Positions 58,601 through 64,000 of a stretch of DNA of 64,000 nt are shown here, piece by piece. The stretch comes from Amoebophrya sp. A120 (Eukaryota > Protista > Dinoflagellata). The DNA lies in NCBI GenBank assembly GCA_905178155.1, contig CAJINV010000011.1:3133144-3197143 (forward strand), in the 5' to 3' direction. Within the stretch, counting starts at the first letter, position 1. Every line of letters begins with the position of its first letter. The translations under genes were made by a program, and so were the position numbers. The notes below the pieces were generated by a model. The model was given only the letters and a program-made list of their open reading frames with translations. It did not search any database and had not been told where the DNA came from.

Positions 58601-59696
58601 CCTGCATGAGAGACTTCCTCTCAAATTTGTCGAAGGTGGACAGCTCTGGGTAACCATGCAACACAGATTTTTTCACAGTGCAGACTTAGCATGGCAAGTG
58701 GAAACCTCCTAGACCCAGACATATTTGCAATGCATAGAGCAAATCGCAGAGGTGTTGCATCACATCGGCGTCCACATTCTTCCCGGCCAAGTCGAGTTCC
58801 TCCAACACGTGCCCTCGGGGGAGCTGCCCGAGAGAGAACTGCCCGTCGACCACCGAAGGTGGAACAACAGTCGGACTAGCAGAAGGGATATTGGCATTGG
58901 CAGCGGCAGAGGAGCAGGACTGCTGTAGTTCTACTCGCGGACCCGGTCCTCGTGCAGTAGAGACTTCTGCGGCCTCTGCTGTTGTACCAGTTCCACCGAC
59001 AAGAACCACCCGGCTGTTCATTGGCTTCTTGGGCCAGACCTGCCCTTCTTGCGCGGGTGGCTTGCTCTCGCTAGTTAATTCCTCCTCCCCAAAAATGTGC
59101 GGGATGTCCTCGCTCTGCTCGCGGCCACGAGGTAGACTTTGATGAGTTGTTGCAAGAACTTCTACGCGGTGGTCTTTTTTGTCTTCCTCTTTATGTTCCT
59201 TTACATTTTCGTTTTGCTCCGTGCTTAAACTTGTTTCAGTTGCCAGGTTGTTGCAATTCTCCTCATCCTGATTCCCGCCCTGCAGCCGTTCTTCTTGTTC
59301 CGCATGATAATTTTCCGGGGGCGCAGCTGCCCCGTCGCTCCTCTCCTCGTGTAGTTCATCCCCTAGATCTTCGCTTTCTTGTTGCAACAGCACATCTTCT
59401 CCCTGTACCGCTAGTTTATTCTGCTCGCCCGTTGTTGCTCCTACACTGCAGCTTTCCTCCGAGCACGCTGGTGAGGCTTGCAAATCATTGTCCTCACTTC
59501 TCGCTTGATCCGGACTGGAAGTACTTCCCGCCGGTAGCTCCTCTGCAGCTAAATCCTTCGTATTTTCCGCATGATCCTGCGCGCTGGCACCGAACGCAGT
59601 GGCTGCACGACCTTCCGGAGCTGCATCGGGCTCGCCTTGCAATCCGGTAGTCGTACCTGATAGGGAAGAACGCTCGATGTAAGCATCTAGATACAA
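49644..59696 (-). CDS. Large LRR (RNI-like) and Q/P/G-rich low-complexity protein, many exons (ends approximate)
   Basis: Reassembled LEELDLAGKNVD..IRCLRLDHNKLCDVA..REIVLSDNQVTPLG..VLRLERNRI. The frame is continuous across each of eight TIR elements. Some other junctions were not verified. Confidence 0.7.
50683..50891. mobile_element. Introner family 4, 209 bp
   Basis: tgtcgcaagaaaaaa...ttttttcttgcgata, TSD caaga/caaga. Removal gives STSCSAQQQ. Confidence 0.88.
50987..51248. mobile_element. Introner family 1, 262 bp
   Basis: Perfect ~32-bp TIR tatcaaatgtaaaaatgtctgggtctggaaga, TSD ggatg/ggatg. Removal gives GQRHPKLNL. Confidence 0.93.
51323..53483. mobile_element. 2,161-bp foldback-like TIR element, predicted to act as an intron
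   Basis: TIR ttagagctttcagaaattagttcc / ggaactaatttctgtaagccttaa, TSD taggg/taggg, multiple internal copies of the TIR motif and a TCTAGA-rich core. Removal gives TEISPYPQD in frame. Confidence 0.82.
53550..53828. mobile_element. Introner family 2, 279 bp
   Basis: tatcctaagtaaaaacgtacccacaccagag / ctctggtgtgggtccgtttttactcaggata, TSD agtcg/agtcg. An empty paralogous site lies at about 51301. Confidence 0.93.
54437..54697. mobile_element. Introner family 1, 261 bp
   Basis: TIR atgtctgggtctggaag, TSD tgccg/cgccg. Removal gives PAYR(Q/R)PEMQ. Confidence 0.9.
56140..56446. mobile_element. Introner singleton, 307 bp, ~50-bp imperfect TIR
   Basis: tatggatctgtcaggattgaaatc...gatttcaatcctgacatttccata, TSD acact/acact. 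Removal gives LNNSVQNKS. Confidence 0.9.
57995..58143. mobile_element. Introner family 3, 149 bp
   Basis: tatgaactgcaaaagtatctcactcg...cgagtacgatacttttgcacaggata, TSD ggttg/ggttg. Removal gives LSDNQVTP. Confidence 0.88.
58474..58736. mobile_element. Introner family 1, 263 bp (left terminus decayed)
   Basis: TIR core present, TSD cagca/gagca. Removal gives LCDLLIQHRI. Confidence 0.85.
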
Positions 59697-61174
59697 GCCA
59701 CATTAATGTCTCTCACCACGACGATCACGATGAAGGGACGATATCATCAAATAAACACACAGCCTTTAACATCGTTCGCATCTTTTTATGGAAAAAAACC
59801 ATCGAAAGCTCCCATGGTTCTTTGTCGGGACAGCGGTTAGGCTGTCAACTTCCACGAAGGAGTAGCTGGTGTCGTCCTCTTCGTGCTCGTCGTTCGCTCC
59901 ACAAGTACGACTATCGCAAAAATCGCGAAGAAATCGGCGGCCGGTCCGGTTCCGTTCGGAACAACTGCCACGAAATGCTCGCCCGCCCCCTCCAATCTAT
60001 ACTTTTGCAATTTGGTTGGAAATGGAATTGAAAAATCAATACGAAACTTAAACTGCAGAAACCTGCTACGGAAGAGCCTTTCGAACCAGAAGTAAATGAA
60101 CGAGCAGTAGGTACTTATTTTGTGGAAGAAGTGAGAGCAAAAGGCGCGACCTAAAGCCAAGAAACCCTGCAAGAACTAGCCAAGAACTAGTTGTACCCCC
60201 GCACGTTCAACATCTTCAGAAAACTACAACTCTCAAAATAAAACCTCTCAACAGCTCGCGCTTCTCTCCAAGCACTACTCAGTGTCAGTGCTGTGAAATT
60301 TCGGTCGGATCTCACACTCTCCGCGTTGATGCTGCCATCGGATTCTCATTTTGTTGTTACTCCAAACAAAGCAGCCCTTCGCTACTTTGTAATTTTGCTC
60401 CCGCAAGCTTCCATTCCCACAGCTTCAAGGCGGATGAGATGAACTTGAACAGAATTAAACATGTCCCTCGTGACGAAAAAAGCTTGATAATTGCCGCACA
60501 GAAGAGGAGAAGTCCTCTTTTGTGGAGGCGCCCGTGCGTCTTGTTCAGTTCTTATTGTCGTGAAATAAATTACATCGAATGATACCTAATTCTGTCGGGG
60601 GTACAGCGTCTGAGACAAGTTAGTGAGTAAGATCTTCTGCGTAGGTAGAGGCCAACGATGAATAAATCGTTGGCTTATGATATGATGCCGCTAATGTGAA
60701 CATCCTCCAGTGAAGTAGATCCTCAACAGCTGCACCGACGGATATTTATGATCTCAATAGCGTCGCATACTTTATTTTTTCGAAGTAATCAGAGAGAAAA
60801 ATTTGAAAACTGGTGCTTTCACAACGACCAATCGCACAGCGCAAGGTAGAAGTACAACGAGAAGAACTAAGACCAAAAAAAGTTCGCTGCCTGTTCTTGG
60901 TCCTATTTGTTTGCGTGTGCTGATTGGCGTCGTGCTGTGTAATAATTTAGATACGTAATTGTAATATCCACCCAAGTGGTGTCTCAGAAATAATCAGTTT
61001 CAAAGTATAGAATCAGTTGTTTTTCGCCTCGGCATATAATAGTACTCCTGCGCCTGGAGTTGCTGAAGCTTTTACAACGACTAGCCGAAGTATAACAAAA
61101 AACACACTGCTGAAGCGGGTTTTGCTCTTCGGATATCTTTTTTGTATACTTCCGGACAGAAAGTAGAGTCCGTA

Positions 61175-64000
61175 TCACTGGACCCATTGTTCTTTTAGGT
61201 TTTTGATGGAAAGAGAGTAGTTGTTTGTAAAGTACTCTATTTTTAGAACAGCCGCAAAGCTACCAGCCATGCTGACCTGTGCCAGCGCCGGCGAGAAAGA
61301 ACGCTGGATCAGGTTTATCCGTGCGGACGACGCAGAGGAGCAAGCTGCTCCTGTTCTTCTAGCACAGTATCGACGATCCACCAGCACAACAAAATAACTA
61401 TGCGTCGTCTGATTTAAATCAAAAAAAACGGGGAAAAAGATTCGTCGCCGACTATTTTATTTACATGTGGGGAAGAAGTTGGTACAATATCGTCGCCAAT
61501 TTTCGTGTAAAAAGAAAAACCAGCACAACTTTACTCTTATCTACTAGGGGTCGTCGTGTTTACTCCGAGCGGGTCTACATGATGTGAAGAACTTTACTAT
61601 TGGGGTTTTCAGTCCTTGCTGCTCGTCCAGGACAACGAAACTGTCTTCAGATGGGAGAGGACGCCGAGGTTGTATTTGTTGGCACACTTACCTTGTAGCT
61701 CCATTTGTCATCTACCGGTGGCTTACTCCCAACTGGAACTAGCTGGTACCTTGTCCGCTGCGCGTCACTGAAGCACAGTTTCAGCTGATCTTTGCTCTCC
61801 AGGTCCTGTGTAGGTAATTGCTTTTCAACATCTTCCCGAGATAAATTTTCAACATTTTTTTCACTACTATAATCGAAGGGGCGTAAAATCATGGCCACCG
61901 AAAATGAATCGATATAATAGAGAAACTGTTCAAGGAGCATATTTATAAACAAGTACCAAAACTTCCCCCATGACCAGATGCGGGCTGCTTCCTTTCGCGT
62001 ACGCCTTGCCTTGTCCACCAGGTTTGTTCCCCGCATTGTTCGCCGAGGTGACGTAGACAAACATCTCTATGGGATAGGGCGGGGAGAGACACGAATCTAA
62101 AATGTGAAACACGTCCGTTCCACTATTCGTAAACGCCTTGTAGACCGCAAGCAAGAGTTTCCTGAACTTCGTCCTCTGTTCTAGCTCGTATCAAATGTAA
62201 AAATGTCTGGGTCTGGAAGATTCTGAAACTTGTCATGGGCCACGATGTCTGTGATGCATGCCCTAGCATCACAGACTTTTTGAGGGCTTCGTGACGCGTA
62301 TTCCGCATGACAAATGCCCTCGCCGCGTAGCCAAAATTGCATTCCCTTTGCTGGTCATGCAATACAAATTTTTTTAGAATCCAAATGCAGCATCACAAGT
62401 TCGGATTCTTCCAGACCCAGACATTTTTACGTTTGATAGCTCGCCGAATACCACCACGCAAAGACTGTCCCCGTCGTGGTTCGCGGAGTACTGGTAAAAA
62501 TGGGAATCCGACAACTTTCCCCCTTTTCCAGCGGCCCGCATGCCCCCATTCGCCGAGGGAGAGACGGAGCTAGCCGTTGGGGAGTGACTTGTGCTGTTCC
62601 CACTATTATTCCCTGTTAGTGCCACCACTGCGGAATCCGTAACCCCGGTCGCCTTCTCGAGAATCTTTTTTCGTTGCTGGAACCAGTCGACCAGATCCGT
62701 CGCGGACAGAGCAGGAGTCGATCCCGGGTTGTTCGGAGAGGCCGGAGGTATGGGTTGATGCAGTTGATGTTGTTCCCCTATTGCTGCTGCACTTTGGTTA
62801 GTACCACTGCTATTGCCCGAAGCTCCTGTTGATCCACCACCTGGTGCTCCTCCCGGCGCACTACCAGAACCCGCTGCTGACGTCGCTCCCGTGGGTGTCC
62901 TGGCAGTAGTTGTACTGCTGGAAGATATTAAACCTCTGTCGGAATTTGCGTTTACAGGAGTGACGTTTCCCGCCCCAGAAGTTGTTGTGTTAGAGTTCTG
63001 TGCTTGCTGTGTCGCACCGCCGCTGTTGCTGGACCCTTTGGAAGATGAACTAGAGCTGGACCCTCCGCCGGTGTTGTTACCACCACCAGTGATGCACTGC
63101 AGATGGAAAATATCTACTGCTTTTCCCTCGCACTGAGAAATGAACCTCCGATCCAACGGCCTGCCCTCGTCGTACGTGAGTCTTTTCAAGTCCTTCAACT
63201 ATCGTAAGCAAAAACGTCCCCACCCCATAGTCAAGTTGGCAAATCTGCAACACAAATCCCCAACCTTTGGGAGTTGTGCATGACAAGTTCTTTCCGTCTC
63301 TAGTATAGTGGTGCTTAGCAAGGCAAGCCGCATGAGAAAGCCAATTTCTCATCCTGTTTACAGCATTACAAATGCCAAATCACGATTAGAAATAGAAATG
63401 CCTCTCATGGGGATGCGCATTACAAATGTTCCTGTCATTGCGCATTTGCATTACAGCTCTGGGGTGGGGACGTTTTTGCTGAGGATATCAACTTCCGTGA
63501 AATCATGGCGTCATCCCCCACGGCTTTGGCAGAGACGCCGAGCCGCTCCACCCCGTTCCCCAGCAGGGTTTCGATCTCCTTGGGGGACTATCAAATGCAA
63601 AAATGTCTGGGTCTGGAAGGTTCTAGACTTGTAATGCTGTCGCTGGATTGTAAAAAATTTGTATTGCATGACCAGCCAGAGAACTCCAGTTTGTGGCACG
63701 CGGAGAGGGCATTTCTCATGCGGCAGAGGCATCGCAAAGTCCTCTAAAAATCTATGATGCTAGGGCATGCATCACAGACATCATGGGCCATTCCAAATAT
63801 GCATGACAAACCTGGTAATCTTCTAGACCCAGACATTTTTGCATTTGATAGGGATAGCGCGAGCTTCGTGCGGCTGTCGCCCTTCCGGCAAGGGTTCGGG
63901 GGCTCCGCGGCCATCCGCCCATTCACCGACTGCGCGGCAAAATGAACTTTGATGTAGGCGGCGAGCTGTGATGATTTTCATCAATCTTGAGTAGAATCTT
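61175..64000 (-). CDS. Hypothetical multi-exon protein, 5' part beyond window end, 3' end uncertain
   Basis: In-frame assembly across three introners: KLALS|PKEIETLL...ISRKL|KDLKRL...VFGEL|EQRTKFRKLLLAVYKAF. Confidence 0.7.
62189..62438. mobile_element. Introner family 1, 250 bp
   Basis: Near-perfect ~32-bp TIR, TSD gctcg/gctcg. Frame restored on removal. Confidence 0.93.
63200..63487. mobile_element. Introner family 2, 288 bp
   Basis: tatcgtaagcaaaaacgtccccacccca / tggggtggggacgtttttgctgaggata, TSD tcaac/tcaac. Frame restored on removal. Confidence 0.92.
63589..63850. mobile_element. Introner family 1, 262 bp
   Basis: tatcaaatgcaaaaatgtctgggtct / agacccagacatttttgcatttgata, TSD gggac/gggat. 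Frame restored on removal. Confidence 0.92.

Noticed and set aside
18770-63850. Recurrent peptides CKNVWVWK, KMSGSGR and PDPDIF in many ORFs
   Set aside because: They are translations of the family-1 TIR, not a protein motif.
1-64000. CRISPR array, prophage or bacterial operon
   Set aside because: No repeat-spacer array is present. The genes are spliced eukaryotic genes such as VPS35.

Overview
Eukaryotic genomic DNA with about 12 protein-coding genes, all on the minus strand. The features fit a syndinian dinoflagellate such as Amoebophrya (inferred from unidirectional genes and repeat-bounded non-canonical introns; not proven). (1) Bases 1-11207 are one uninterrupted minus-strand exon of at least 3,735 codons that runs off the window, so the ORF track misses it. 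It encodes a giant, probably secreted protein made of 12-aa units in a 36-aa super-repeat (LSVYGxxRLGSS / LSVLDFxxLGSS / LSVRSFARLGSS). (2) At least 17 MITE-like elements of 149-323 bp (4 multi-copy families and 3 singletons) sit inside coding sequence. They have consensus TAT...ATA terminal inverted repeats (TIRs) and 5-bp target-site duplications (TSDs). In every case I traced, removing the element plus one TSD copy restores the reading frame, so they behave as non-canonical introns (introners). They occur in both orientations. One has a filled/empty paralogous site pair, and a 2,161-bp foldback element follows the same rule. Other genes: EF-hand/WD40 protein, SAM methyltransferase, ankyrin protein, VPS35, a BTB-like plus nucleotidyltransferase-like protein, a DUF2009/UPF0652 protein, an LRR/low-complexity protein and several hypotheticals. 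All splicing is inferred by hand from DNA, and gene ends are approximate where stated.
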